Positions 16,604 to 26,510 of a stretch of 64,000 nucleotides of DNA are shown here, one piece after another. The stretch covers positions 50,457 to 114,456 of the forward strand of contig CADECF010000007.1 in assembly GCA_902825775.1 (NCBI GenBank), read 5' to 3'. This stretch comes from an uncultured Lysobacteraceae bacterium. Lineage in GTDB: Bacteria; Pseudomonadota; Gammaproteobacteria; Xanthomonadales; Xanthomonadaceae. Position numbers and translations under genes: made by a program. Positions within the stretch are counted from its first letter, which is position 1. Every line of letters begins with the position of its first letter. The notes beneath the pieces are model-generated. The model was not told the origin of the DNA and searched no databases. It was given only the letters and a program-made list of their open reading frames with translations.

Positions 16604-17275
16604 TCAGTGCGATGCGAAGCGTCGCGACAGCCAGTCGCCGAGGTCGCTGATCTCTTCGGCGCAGACCTGGTGCGCCATCGGATAGCGGTGCCAGTCGACG
16701 GCGAAGCCGAGCATCTTCAACAAGGACGCGCTGTGTTCGCCGGCGGCGAAAGGCACCACCGGATCCTGGGTGCCGTGCGCCATGAACAGCGGCTGCGCGG
16801 TGGCGCCTTCGGCCAGGAATTCCGCGGCTTTGTTGGCGGCCGGCAGGTAGGTCGACAGGCCGACCAGGCCCGCCAGTGGTTTCTGCCGGCGCAATCCGGC
16901 CGCCAATGCGATCGCGCCGCCTTGCGAGAAGCCGGCCAGCACGATGCGTTCGTCGGCGATGCCGCGTTCGTTTTCGCGCGCGATCAACGCTTCCACCTGC
17001 GCCACCGATTCCATCACGCCGGTCTCGTCGGCGCGATTGGCCAGATCGAAATCGCGGATGTCGTACCACGCGCGCATGCGCATGCCGCCGTTGATGGTGA
17101 CCGCGCGCTGCGGCGCATGCGGAAACACGAAACGCAACGCCGGCCAGTCGCGGCGCACCAGCTCTGGCACGATCGGCGCGAAGTCGTGGCCGTCGGCGCC
17201 CAGTCCGTGCAGCCAAAGCACGGTCCATTGCGGCGACGGCGCGGTTTCCTGTTCGACGGTTTCCAGCAAGGACAT
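16604..17275 (-). CDS. Carboxylesterase / phospholipase-type alpha/beta hydrolase
   Basis: Met 74 of track ORF 16604..17494. Motifs WLHGLGADGHDF and nucleophile elbow GFSQGG, with C-terminal His (YPMAHQV). Confidence 0.85.
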   Translation of the reverse strand: MSLLETVEQETAPSPQWTVLWLHGLGADGHDFAPIVPELVRRDWPALRFVFPHAPQRAVTINGGMRMRAWYDIRDFDLANRADETGVMESVAQVEALIARENERGIADERIVLAGFSQGGAIALAAGLRRQKPLAGLVGLSTYLPAANKAAEFLAEGATAQPLFMAHGTQDPVVPFAAGEHSASLLKMLGFAVDWHRYPMAHQVCAEEISDLGDWLSRRFASH

Positions 17276-17322
17276 CCGAACCTCCCCAGTTCGGGGCGAT
17301 TGTGCACGAAAAGCGACGTTTT

Positions 17323-17598
17323 GCCCCTCTCCCGCTTGCGGGAGAGGGCGGTGAAATGCTCCCTCTCCCGCGAAGCGGGAGAGGGCTGGGGAGAGGGCGC
17401 GCGGACGCTCAGGTCGCGTCAAACCCGTAATCAAGCGGCGGCACTGGACTTCAAAGGATTGACGCCACCTGTCACTTCGCGCGCCCTCACCCAACCCCGC
17501 TCCGCGCCCCGGCCCGCACTTGCGTGCGGGCGCTCAGCCGCACGCGCGGCATGCCGCGCAAGCTGTGCGCCTTCGCCCCGCAAGCGGGAGAGGGCTTT
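17323..17598. repeat. Cluster of CCCTCTCCCGC-N-GCGGGAGAGGG hairpin repeats
   Basis: At least three copies of the CTCTCCCGC..GCGGGAGAGGG hairpin plus CCCTCACCCAACCCC. Fills the esterase/GH92 intergenic region. Confidence 0.8.
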
Positions 17599-17605
17599 AA
17601 GCGCG

Positions 17606-19945
17606 CTACTCCGCCGACATCGAATACGGCCGCTGCGTCGTCGCCCATTCTTTATTCGGCTGCGCCTGCATCGTGAACTTCAACTCGCCGCCGGCCATGA
17701 TCTCGCCGTGCTCGAGGTAAGCGCGCGGCAGCGGCTTGCCGTTGAGCGTGGCGCTGCCGATGTAGGTGTGCGCATCGTCCAGGCCTTCGGCGATCACGGC
17801 GAAACGTTTGCCGTTGGGCAAGTTCAGCACCGCGCGCGGCAGGAACGGCCGGCCGATCACGTACTGGTTGCTGCCCGGCGCCACCGGATAGAAGCCGAGC
17901 GCGGTGAACACGAACCATGCCGACATCTGCCCCAGATCGTCGTTGCCGGCCAGGCCATCCGGCCGCGGCGCGTACTGGCTGTCCATGATCTGCTTGAGCC
18001 GTTCCTGCGTGCGCCAGGGCTGGCCGGCATACGCGTAGAGATAGGCGACGTGGTGGCTGGGTTCGTTGCCGTGCGCGTACCAGCCGATCAGGCCGGTGAT
18101 GTCTTCCATATGTTCGAAGATCTTCGGATCGACCTTGGCGTCGAACACCTGATCGAGCTTGTCGATCAGTTTCTGTTCGCCGCCCAGCGCGCGGCCCAGG
18201 CCGGCGACGTCCTGCGGCACGTACCACGAGTACTGCCACGCGTTGCCTTCGGTGTAGTCGCTGCCGTAGCCGCTGGCGGTGGGATCGAACGGTTCGCGGA
18301 AACCGCCGTCGCGTTTGCGCGCGCGCATGAAACCGGTCTTGGCGTCGAACGCATGCTGCCAGTTGCCGGCGCGCTCGCCGAATTGCGCGGCGACGTCCTT
18401 GCGGCCCATGGTGTCGGCCATGCGCGCGATGGTCCAATCGTCGAAGGCGTATTCCAGCGTCTTGGAAGCGGCTTCGCCCTCCTCGTCGATCGGCACGTAG
18501 CCCAGTTCCATGTACTGCGCGATGCCGTCGTAAGGACCGTAGCTGGCGCTGGCGACCATCGCCGCCAACGCTTCGTCGGCATCGTAGCCGCGGATGCCTT
18601 TCATATAGGCGTCTGCGATCACCGGTACCGCGTGATAGCCGATCATGCACCACGTCTCCAGACCGTGGAACGCCCACACCGGCAGCACGCCGTAAGGGCT
18701 GTCGCGGCGCGCGGCGAGCAGCGAATTGACGAAATCGTTGGTCCGTTGCGGCGGCTGGATCAAGGTCAGCAGCGGATGCAGCGCGCGGTAGGTATCCCAC
18801 AACGAGAACGTGGAATGGTTGCGGAAGCCTTTGGCCTGATGCACGGCATTGTCCGGTCCGCGATAGCGGCCGTCGCTGTCCATGAACAGGCTCGGGCCCA
18901 TCAGCGTGTGGTACATCGCGGTGTAGAAACTCTTGCGCATCGGCTCCGGCGCGTCGACGTCGATCGCCGACAAGGCCTGCGTCCACGCGGCTTTGGCCTT
19001 GACGCGCATCGCGTCGAAATCCCAACCCGGCATTTCGGCGTCGAGATTGGCGATGGCGTTGTCCTCGCTGACCGGAGAGATCGATACTTTCACTACCAGT
19101 TGCGCGCCCTGCGCCTGGGCGAAATCGAGCACGCCGACCAGCTCGCGCCCTTCGGTCTGCGCGCGTCGGCCGGGATCTTTTTCGCCGGGCGGCGGAAAAC
19201 CTTTGTAGGCCACGTTCTGTTCGGTGTCGTGCAGCGCATGTCCGCTCAGAGGCTTGGAAAAGCGCATCGCGAAGTACAGCTGCCGCCCCGGCGCCCAGCC
19301 GCGCGTTTCGCGGAAGCCGGTCACGGTGCCGTCGGCGCGCACGCGCAGCCGCGACCACAGGGTTTTGCCGGGGTAGTCGTACATGCTGGTGCGCAAGTCG
19401 ACCAGCACGTGCGCGGGTTTGCCTTTCGGGAAGGTGTAGCGATGCACGCCGACGCGCTCGCTGGCGGTGAGTTCGGCCCGGATGCCGTAATCGTCCAGGG
19501 TTACGGCGTAGTAGCCGGGTTGGGACTTTTCGTCTTCGTGCTTGAAGCGCGAGTGGTAGCCGCTGCCTGGCTTGGCGGTGTCGCCGCGTTCGAGTTTGGC
19601 GTCGCCTGCGATCGGCATCAGCAGCACATCGCCCAGGTCGGAATGGCCGGTGCCGGAAAAATGCGTATGCGAAAAACCGATGATGGTGCTGTCGTCGTAA
19701 CGATAGCCGGCGGCCCAGTCGTAGGCGTCCTTGCGCGGCTTGATCTGGGTGTCCGGGCTGAGCTGGATCATGCCGAACGGCACCACGGCCCCTGGGAAGG
19801 TGTGGCCTTCGCCGCCGGTGCCGATGAAGGGATCGACCGAGTCGTAGGCGGTCTGGGCGGCTGCAACCGTCGCCGATGCCCAGATACAACCCCCGATCAA
19901 CGCCATCCAGGCCCGCACACGCACCGCCCGAAGCATTCCGCCCAT
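17606..19945 (-). CDS. GH92-family alpha-mannosidase, secreted
   Basis: 779 aa. Signal peptide, N-terminal VDPFIGTGGEGHTFPGA signature and long collinear GH92-like sequence. Confidence 0.9.
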   Translation of the reverse strand: MGGMLRAVRVRAWMALIGGCIWASATVAAAQTAYDSVDPFIGTGGEGHTFPGAVVPFGMIQLSPDTQIKPRKDAYDWAAGYRYDDSTIIGFSHTHFSGTGHSDLGDVLLMPIAGDAKLERGDTAKPGSGYHSRFKHEDEKSQPGYYAVTLDDYGIRAELTASERVGVHRYTFPKGKPAHVLVDLRTSMYDYPGKTLWSRLRVRADGTVTGFRETRGWAPGRQLYFAMRFSKPLSGHALHDTEQNVAYKGFPPPGEKDPGRRAQTEGRELVGVLDFAQAQGAQLVVKVSISPVSEDNAIANLDAEMPGWDFDAMRVKAKAAWTQALSAIDVDAPEPMRKSFYTAMYHTLMGPSLFMDSDGRYRGPDNAVHQAKGFRNHSTFSLWDTYRALHPLLTLIQPPQRTNDFVNSLLAARRDSPYGVLPVWAFHGLETWCMIGYHAVPVIADAYMKGIRGYDADEALAAMVASASYGPYDGIAQYMELGYVPIDEEGEAASKTLEYAFDDWTIARMADTMGRKDVAAQFGERAGNWQHAFDAKTGFMRARKRDGGFREPFDPTASGYGSDYTEGNAWQYSWYVPQDVAGLGRALGGEQKLIDKLDQVFDAKVDPKIFEHMEDITGLIGWYAHGNEPSHHVAYLYAYAGQPWRTQERLKQIMDSQYAPRPDGLAGNDDLGQMSAWFVFTALGFYPVAPGSNQYVIGRPFLPRAVLNLPNGKRFAVIAEGLDDAHTYIGSATLNGKPLPRAYLEHGEIMAGGELKFTMQAQPNKEWATTQRPYSMSAE

Positions 19946-20018
19946 GCCCGTCCCGCCTTTTAGACCGTTCTAAAAGCGGCAAATTAGCATGAAGGCGCAC
20001 ATCGGGGCTTACCCCGCC

Positions 20019-20514
20019 TTATAGAGCGGGGCTTGCTCCGCTGCTCTTGCTTTGTAAAGCGGGGCTTGCCCCGCTGCTCTTGCTTTCATGCCGTCATCCC
20101 AGCGAAAGCTGGGACCCATTTTGCTCTTGCTCTTCAGCTGCATCCTGGCACGCCGGGACCCAGGTCCGACGTGGCCGGTGAATTGCGGTGCGACTCGCGC
20201 CATGGAAAAGGGCTTCCGCGCTGCGCGCGGGTCACTTTCTTTGTTGGCCCAAAGAAAGTAACCACTGCGCCGCAGGAGCGGCGCGAACGGCGAAGCCGGC
20301 CCGCAGGGCGGAGGGCAGGATGCCCGGAGTAAAGAAAGGGCCCGAAGCTTATGTGATTCGCATGAGCTGAAAGCCTGCTAGCACTCATGCTTTCGTCGTG
20401 GTTGACCTTCTTACGCAGGTATTAGATTTTGATTCGCAGCCTATGGGTGACGTGGCTTTTGCGGATTGGCGTTAAGGAAAAGCTAAAGAGCAGCGGAGCA
20501 AGCTCCGCTCTACA
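20019..20514. repeat. Intergenic mosaic of REP and hairpin modules (copy 1)
   Basis: Two forward REP-A units (20019-20079), GTCATCCCAGCGAAAGCTGGGACCCA, hairpin GGTCACTTTCTTTGTTGGCCCAAAGAAAGTAACC, tail ...CTTCTTACGCAGGTATTAGATTTTGAT, and one reverse REP-A unit (20488-20514). Related in reverse orientation to 58615-59235. Confidence 0.75.
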
Positions 20515-20537
20515 GAGCAAAAACGTGGGTCTCGGCT

Positions 20538-22460
20538 TCAGCGTTTGGTGCTATCCGGCGCGTCGGCACTGCGGAGCGACGAAGCGCGCGCAAGTACTTC
20601 CGGTGGCGCGGTTTCTTCCGGAATGCGGAAGATGCCGATGCGGCGCAACCAGCGCCCCGGCGCGCGCGACGACGTCAGGGCCACGATCGGGATCGACAGC
20701 ACCAAACCCAGGATCACCGGCGACATCCACGCCGCCAACGCCGGCGAGATCGCATAAGCGATGCCGCCCATCAGCAGACCGAACAGCGTCATGCCCCCGT
20801 AACTGCGCAGCAAACCCGACAGCGGCAACGTACCGTCGTCGCGGCGCTGCGTTTCCCAACCCGAATCCTTGCCCGCCAGCACCTCGGCCACGCCGCGCGA
20901 TTGCACGTACATCGTGATCGGCGCCATCAACGCGGCCAGCACCGTCTCCAGGATCATGCTGGCGAAAGATCGCACCGCGCCGCCGCAGCCGCGGCGCAGA
21001 TCGCGATCGAACAGCATTGCGATATAGCCGAGCACTTTCGGCGCCAGCAATATCGTCATCGTGAACACGAACACCCAGACGAAGCGCTCCGGATCCTGCG
21101 CCCGCCAGAACGCCGTCGGCGAGAATCCGGGCAGACCGATATTGCCCCACGAAATTCCCGCGTGGTACAGCGGTATCGCCAACCCGACCAGCATCAGCAT
21201 CGCCCACATCGGCGCGGTGAAGTACTGGCCGATGCCGATCAGCAGATGCCAGCGGCTGACCCAGTGCAGGCCCTTGGCCGGCAGCACCGCGGCGTGCTGC
21301 AGATTGCCCTGGCACCAGCGGCGGTCGCGCACCAACATGTCGGTCAGCGATGGCGGCCCTTCCTCGTAGCTGCCCGGCAAGCCGGGCACCATATACAAGG
21401 CCCAACCGCCGCGGCGCAGCAGCGCGGCTTCGACGAAATCGTGGCTCAGCACGGTGCCGCCGAACGGCTTGTGCCCGCGCAACTCGGGCAAGCCCGCGTG
21501 CGCCGCGAAAGCGGCGGTGCGGATGATCGCGTTGTGGCCCCAGTAATTGCTCTCCGGACCGTGCCACCAGGCGATGCCGTGCGCGACGATCGGGCCATAG
21601 ACGCGCCCGGAGAACTGCTGCATGCGCGCGAACAGCGTGTTGCCGTTGACCACCACCGGAAACGTCTGGATCAGCGCGATGTCGGGATAGCGTTCCATCG
21701 TCCCGGCCAGGCGCACGATCGTGTCGCCGGTCATCAGGCTGTCGGCGTCCAGGATCAGCATCTGCGGATACGCGCCGCCGAAACGGCGCACCCATTCGGC
21801 GATGTTGCCGGCCTTGCGTTCGGCATTGTCGTCGCGGCGCCGGTAGAAAAGACGCTGCGTATCGCCCAGCCGCTTCCGCAGCGCTGCGAAAGCTTTTTCT
21901 TCCGCGATCTGCAGTTCCGGCCGGGTGGTATCGCTGAGCACGAAGAAATCGAAACGCTCGGCTTGGCCGGTGGCGGCCACCGACTCGTAGATCGCCTGCA
22001 ACCCGGCGAGCAGACGTTCGGGATCCTCGTTGTAGGTCGGCATCAGCAGCGCGGTGCGGCCGGACAGCGACGGCAGCGGATCGTGCGGCGAAAGCCCCAA
22101 TCGCGCATGCGGTTTCGACAGCAACCGCAGGAAACCGGCGACCGCGCTGACGAAGGCTTGCGCGATCCATGCGAACAAGGCGACGAACAACAACAGCAGC
22201 GAGCCTTCGAGAATGTCGATGCCATTGCCGCGCAACAGCCACCAGATCTGGTACGCGGCCGTCAGCGTCAGTACCGCCGAACCGCCAATCACGCAGACGC
22301 GTCGCCAGGCCATGCCCTGCGGCGCCGACGTCAACGCGTTGCGCCGAGTGCGCCCTTCGCGCAACGACTGGATCGGCATCGGCAGCGGCGATTCGGCCGG
22401 CAGCATCGGAGCCGGCACGGACGGCGCGGGCGGCGGCGGCGCGGCGATCACGGATTCCAT
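20538..22460 (-). CDS. opgH: Osmoregulated periplasmic glucan glucosyltransferase
   Basis: 640 aa. Multi-TM GT2 with motifs including DADS and [12 protein letters not shown]. Overlaps the opgG stop region. Confidence 0.95.
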   Translation of the reverse strand: MESVIAAPPPPAPSVPAPMLPAESPLPMPIQSLREGRTRRNALTSAPQGMAWRRVCVIGGSAVLTLTAAYQIWWLLRGNGIDILEGSLLLLFVALFAWIAQAFVSAVAGFLRLLSKPHARLGLSPHDPLPSLSGRTALLMPTYNEDPERLLAGLQAIYESVAATGQAERFDFFVLSDTTRPELQIAEEKAFAALRKRLGDTQRLFYRRRDDNAERKAGNIAEWVRRFGGAYPQMLILDADSLMTGDTIVRLAGTMERYPDIALIQTFPVVVNGNTLFARMQQFSGRVYGPIVAHGIAWWHGPESNYWGHNAIIRTAAFAAHAGLPELRGHKPFGGTVLSHDFVEAALLRRGGWALYMVPGLPGSYEEGPPSLTDMLVRDRRWCQGNLQHAAVLPAKGLHWVSRWHLLIGIGQYFTAPMWAMLMLVGLAIPLYHAGISWGNIGLPGFSPTAFWRAQDPERFVWVFVFTMTILLAPKVLGYIAMLFDRDLRRGCGGAVRSFASMILETVLAALMAPITMYVQSRGVAEVLAGKDSGWETQRRDDGTLPLSGLLRSYGGMTLFGLLMGGIAYAISPALAAWMSPVILGLVLSIPIVALTSSRAPGRWLRRIGIFRIPEETAPPEVLARASSLRSADAPDSTKR

Positions 22461-23965
22461 CGGTATAGCCAGGTTTCCGACAGCGGGCCTTGGGCATCGA
22501 TCAGGCGCGCGCGCAATTCGGCGTCCGCCTGACCGGCGGCGTCCACTTCGAAACTCATCCGCCAGTGGCCGGTTTCGGAATTGCGGTAGGCGACCGGATT
22601 GCGCAACGCGCCTTTAGACGCCAGCGCATCGACTTGCACCTTGGCGTCGGCCGGCAACTTGTCCAGGCGCCCGCCGTAGAGTTCGATCACCACCAGCCGG
22701 CTGCCTGCCTTAGGCGCCTTGCCGATGCGCGTGCTGCCGACCACCGCCAAATCGCGTTGCCAGGCGTGATCCACGCACCAATGCAACCGATAGCGGAAGC
22801 GGTATTCGCGGCCGGCCGCGAACGGTTGCTTGGGCCGCCAGAAAGCGACGATGTTGTCGTGGTATTCGTCCGCGGTCGGAATTTCGACCAGCGTCACCGC
22901 ACCCGCGCCCCAGTCGCCGAGCGGTTCCACCCATAGGCTCGGACGCTTCTGGTAGCCCGCTTCCAGATCCAGATAGTCGGAGAACGCGCGCTTGCGCTGC
23001 ATCAGGCCGAAACCGCGCGGATTGTCGTCCTGGAAGGCGCTCATCTGCACCGCCTTCGGATTCTGTAGCGGACGCCACACTTGTTCGCCGCGCCCGTTCA
23101 ACAGCGCCAGACCGTCGGAGTCGTGCACCGCAGGGCGGTAATCGTCGATGCCGATCCGGTCGCTGGCGTCGAAATCGAACATGCTGGTCAGCGGCGCGAT
23201 GCCCGCGCGCGCCAGCTCGACGCGCGGATACAGACGCATGTCGACATCGAACACCGTCTCCACGCCCGGCTTGATGCTGAAGCGGAACGCAGCCGCGGCG
23301 CTCGGGCTGTCGAGCAATGCATGCACGATGACCGCATCGGCAGCGGCAGCGGGCCGCTGCAGCCAGAACGCCTTGAATACCGGGAATTCCTCGGGCTCCG
23401 GATCGCCGGTCTTCAGCGCCAGGCCGCGTGCGGACAATCCGTACGACTGGCCCTTGGCCACCGCACGGAAATAGCTGGCGCCGAGGAAGGCAGCGATCTC
23501 GTCGAAATAGTCGGCGCGATTGATCGGCGCATGCAGCCGGAAACCGGCGAAACCCAGATCGCGCTCCGTCGGCGCGGGCGAGCGGCCGTAGGTGAACATG
23601 TCCGGCGAATACACCACCGGCGCTGCCTTCCCATCCGCCACCTCATAGATGTCGACGCGATCCTTGTGCAGGAATCCGCGATGGAAGAACTGCGCCTGGA
23701 ACGGCAGCCGCTGCTCGCGCCATAGCGCGTGCGAGGCCTTATAGCGGTAGTCGCGATACTGGTCGTAGCCGATCTTCGCCAGCGCGGCGGGGAGATCGGT
23801 CGCGGGCGGCCGGTAGGGCTTGGCCGCGAGCGCGCGCGCCAAGCCGGCTACGGTGTCTTGATCGAACGGCGTAGCGCCCGCGTCCGCTGCAAACGTTTTC
23901 ATGCCGCCCGCCAATGTCAGCAATGGCAGCGACAGACCCGCTAGGACGACTTCTCGGCGACGCAC
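22448..23965 (-). CDS. opgG: Periplasmic glucan biosynthesis protein OpgG/OpgD family (Tat-type leader)
   Basis: 505 aa. [16 protein letters not shown] leader and MdoG-family sequence throughout. Immediately upstream of opgH. Confidence 0.9.
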   Translation of the reverse strand: MRRREVVLAGLSLPLLTLAGGMKTFAADAGATPFDQDTVAGLARALAAKPYRPPATDLPAALAKIGYDQYRDYRYKASHALWREQRLPFQAQFFHRGFLHKDRVDIYEVADGKAAPVVYSPDMFTYGRSPAPTERDLGFAGFRLHAPINRADYFDEIAAFLGASYFRAVAKGQSYGLSARGLALKTGDPEPEEFPVFKAFWLQRPAAAADAVIVHALLDSPSAAAAFRFSIKPGVETVFDVDMRLYPRVELARAGIAPLTSMFDFDASDRIGIDDYRPAVHDSDGLALLNGRGEQVWRPLQNPKAVQMSAFQDDNPRGFGLMQRKRAFSDYLDLEAGYQKRPSLWVEPLGDWGAGAVTLVEIPTADEYHDNIVAFWRPKQPFAAGREYRFRYRLHWCVDHAWQRDLAVVGSTRIGKAPKAGSRLVVIELYGGRLDKLPADAKVQVDALASKGALRNPVAYRNSETGHWRMSFEVDAAGQADAELRARLIDAQGPLSETWLYRWNP

Positions 23966-24182
23966 CCGGACTCCTCACCATGCAATGCAGCCACGCACTA
24001 TACGAGCGACGCACGCACTGGAATGTAAATCCGGCGTGAGTCCAGACGAGCATGCGTATTGACATGGGTGCAGTCAGTCCGATCTGGCAGGCGCTCCTCA
24101 TCGCGGTGACGGCCGATAGCGGACGTGTGCGGGATCATCCGGCCCGCATCCATGGCCCGGAAGATGCGACGCGCTTAAGCCC

Positions 24183-26261
24183 TCACCAACCCACGGCGTA
24201 ACCCGCGCCGATGGTGTCTTCGCCATCGCCGCTGATCGCGCCGCCCACGGTGAACGTCGCGGTGTCGCCGATGGCGCGCTGATAACCCAATGCGAACGCG
24301 GCATGGCCCGATTGCATGCCGGTGCCGACCGCCAAACGGTGGACCGTGCGCATGCCCGCCGCGCTGGCCGCCATTTGCGTCATGGCGCTACCCATCGCGC
24401 CGACCCGGCTGATGCGCTTGTCCTGATTGGCGAAACGGTTGTCGATATCGCGGCGGAAGGCGGGCAGGTCGAAGTTCAACGCGCCGATGCGCGCATCGGT
24501 GTAGGCGTTGGCCTGATTGAGCGTTTTCTTGTCGCCTGCATCGGCGTGCGCATTGGCTTGGTTCAAGGTCTGCGCGTCGCCCGCCTGCACCTGGCCCAGG
24601 TTGGCCGCGTCGGTGGCTGCAACGCCGTCGGCGACGTTCGCTACCCGCGTACCTTGCGCGCCTTGCAGCGTAAGCGTGTCCCTCGCGTCGGTGTCGTACA
24701 CCACCACGCGCGGACCGCCGCCTGCTGGACCCTCGGGACCTTGCGGTCCGGCGGGACCTTCGGGGCCGGCCGGCCCCTGCGGTCCGGCCGGGCCTGCGGG
24801 ACCGGCACCGGTGCCATCTCCCAATGCCGTCAAGCGCTCGTCGACCGCATCGAACGCTTCGCGAACGGTGTCGTAATCGACGTTGCCGATCCGGTACCGC
24901 TGCGAGACGAAGCCGCCGGCCGCATCGAAGCTCGCATCCGGTCCGAACGCGCTGGCCACGCTGCGCAATTGGCCGAGATTGACCGCATCGGTGTCGAATA
25001 CGGCTGCACCGACATTCACCAACTGACGTTCGTTGCCGGCGCTTCCGATGGAGACCGTGTTGGCGCGGTCGGCCCGGGAATCCGCACCGAGCGCGACGCT
25101 GTTCTCCGCATCCAGGTCCACATCCGCGCTGCGCCCGATGGCGACGCTTTCGAAAGCGTTGGCATTGGTATCCGCGCCGATCGCGGTGCTTCGCTCGCCG
25201 GAAGCGTCGCTGCTCTCGCCGACGGCGACGCTGTTGTCCGACCTCGCATCGCTGCCGTCGCCGAGCGCGACGCTGGAGAATCCGACAGCCTGGGCATCGT
25301 TGCCGATCGCTATCGCACGGCCTGCGCTCGCCACGGCATCGGTACCGACGGCCATCGCATCGGCGATCGCATTGGCTTTCGAACCGATCGCGATGGCATC
25401 GTCGCCGCCGGCGACGCTCTGTTCGCCGACGGCCAGGTTGAAGGCGCCCTGCGCGCGCGCGAAGTTGCCCATCGCGGTGGCGCCTTCGCCATCGGCGACG
25501 CTGCTCGCGCCGTATGCATTGGCGCCGACGCCCGTGGCCGCGGCTTTCGAGCCGATCGCGATGGAAGCCAGCGTATTGGCTGTGCTTTGCTCGCCGATCG
25601 CCAGCGAGAAATCGGCCAGCGCGCTGGCCAGGTTGCCGGTGGCCGTGGCGCCTTCGCCGCTGGCGCGGCTGCTGGCGCCTACCGTGACTGCGCCGAACTC
25701 GAAGGTTCTGGCGCCGCCGCCGATCGCGACGTTGTTGCCGCCGCCTACCACGGCGCCGGTGCCGACGCTCACGCCGAAGCCATTGGTCGCCAAGCTACCG
25801 CGCCCTACCGCCACGCTGTCGAAAGAGGCGCGGCTTTCCTCGCCTATCGCGGTCGATCCGTCTACCGCGATGGCAGATTGTCCGACGGCGGTGGTGCTGA
25901 ATCCGGATGCGAGGGCGTTTTGACCGACAGCGGTCGCAAAGTCGCCGGCCGCCCCGGCGTTATCGCCGATGGCAGTGCTCAACGCACCGCTCGCGCGGCT
26001 GTTGCGCCCCAGCGCAGTGCTTTGACTGGCCAGCGCGCTGCTCCCGAAACCGAATGCGGTAGCGTTGGAGACCAGCGCCAAGGAGCTCGGTCCGCAGGCG
26101 AACGATTCGCTGCCGTTGGCTTGGCCCAAGAACCCCGTGACCTGGTCGCATACGTCGCCCGCATTCGCGTGGCCGGCAACGATCATGCTCAATGCGAACG
26201 TCAGCGCGATCGGCTTAGCACGGTTCTTCCGATAAGGGGACGGCGGTAGATATGACGACAT
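24183..26261 (-). CDS. YadA-like trimeric autotransporter adhesin with a collagen-like GPX tract (adhesin 1)
   Basis: Met 31 of the track ORF. Signal peptide ...VAGHANA, many head-type repeats (SxAxG / NSxAxG), (GPX)n tract at nt about 24711-24815, and a C-terminal YadA anchor ending ...GAGYAVGW. Confidence 0.85.
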   Translation of the reverse strand: MSSYLPPSPYRKNRAKPIALTFALSMIVAGHANAGDVCDQVTGFLGQANGSESFACGPSSLALVSNATAFGFGSSALASQSTALGRNSRASGALSTAIGDNAGAAGDFATAVGQNALASGFSTTAVGQSAIAVDGSTAIGEESRASFDSVAVGRGSLATNGFGVSVGTGAVVGGGNNVAIGGGARTFEFGAVTVGASSRASGEGATATGNLASALADFSLAIGEQSTANTLASIAIGSKAAATGVGANAYGASSVADGEGATAMGNFARAQGAFNLAVGEQSVAGGDDAIAIGSKANAIADAMAVGTDAVASAGRAIAIGNDAQAVGFSSVALGDGSDARSDNSVAVGESSDASGERSTAIGADTNANAFESVAIGRSADVDLDAENSVALGADSRADRANTVSIGSAGNERQLVNVGAAVFDTDAVNLGQLRSVASAFGPDASFDAAGGFVSQRYRIGNVDYDTVREAFDAVDERLTALGDGTGAGPAGPAGPQGPAGPEGPAGPQGPEGPAGGGPRVVVYDTDARDTLTLQGAQGTRVANVADGVAATDAANLGQVQAGDAQTLNQANAHADAGDKKTLNQANAYTDARIGALNFDLPAFRRDIDNRFANQDKRISRVGAMGSAMTQMAASAAGMRTVHRLAVGTGMQSGHAAFALGYQRAIGDTATFTVGGAISGDGEDTIGAGYAVGW

Positions 26262-26510
26262 GGGATACCTGCTAGGAGATTGCGCAGACACGGAGTGCGT
26301 CGGCGACGGGAAATCCCTTTCGGCATGGCTGCGCAAACCGACGCTCGGCATCGCGTACGCGCGAATCGGACGATTCGCACGATGATCGGAAAGGGTTGCG
26401 CATTGTGCTCACGGTCACATTTGCGCAGCAGCGCGAATAGTGAGCGCTGCGGCACCGTCTACGGACAGGTTCGGGCGCCGCAATTGGTCGGGACGGCGTT
26501 CGCGCAGCGG

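Noticed and set aside
15293-19963. 1556-aa plus-strand ORF, the longest in the track
   Set aside because: It runs antisense across four independently supported genes (algR, algZ, esterase, GH92) and through a repeat cluster. It is low-complexity throughout, an artefact of GC-rich sequence lacking stop codons.
17652-20000. 782-aa minus-strand ORF overlapping GH92 in another frame
   Set aside because: The GH92 frame (17606..19945) has clear family signatures. This frame is Arg-rich with no motifs.
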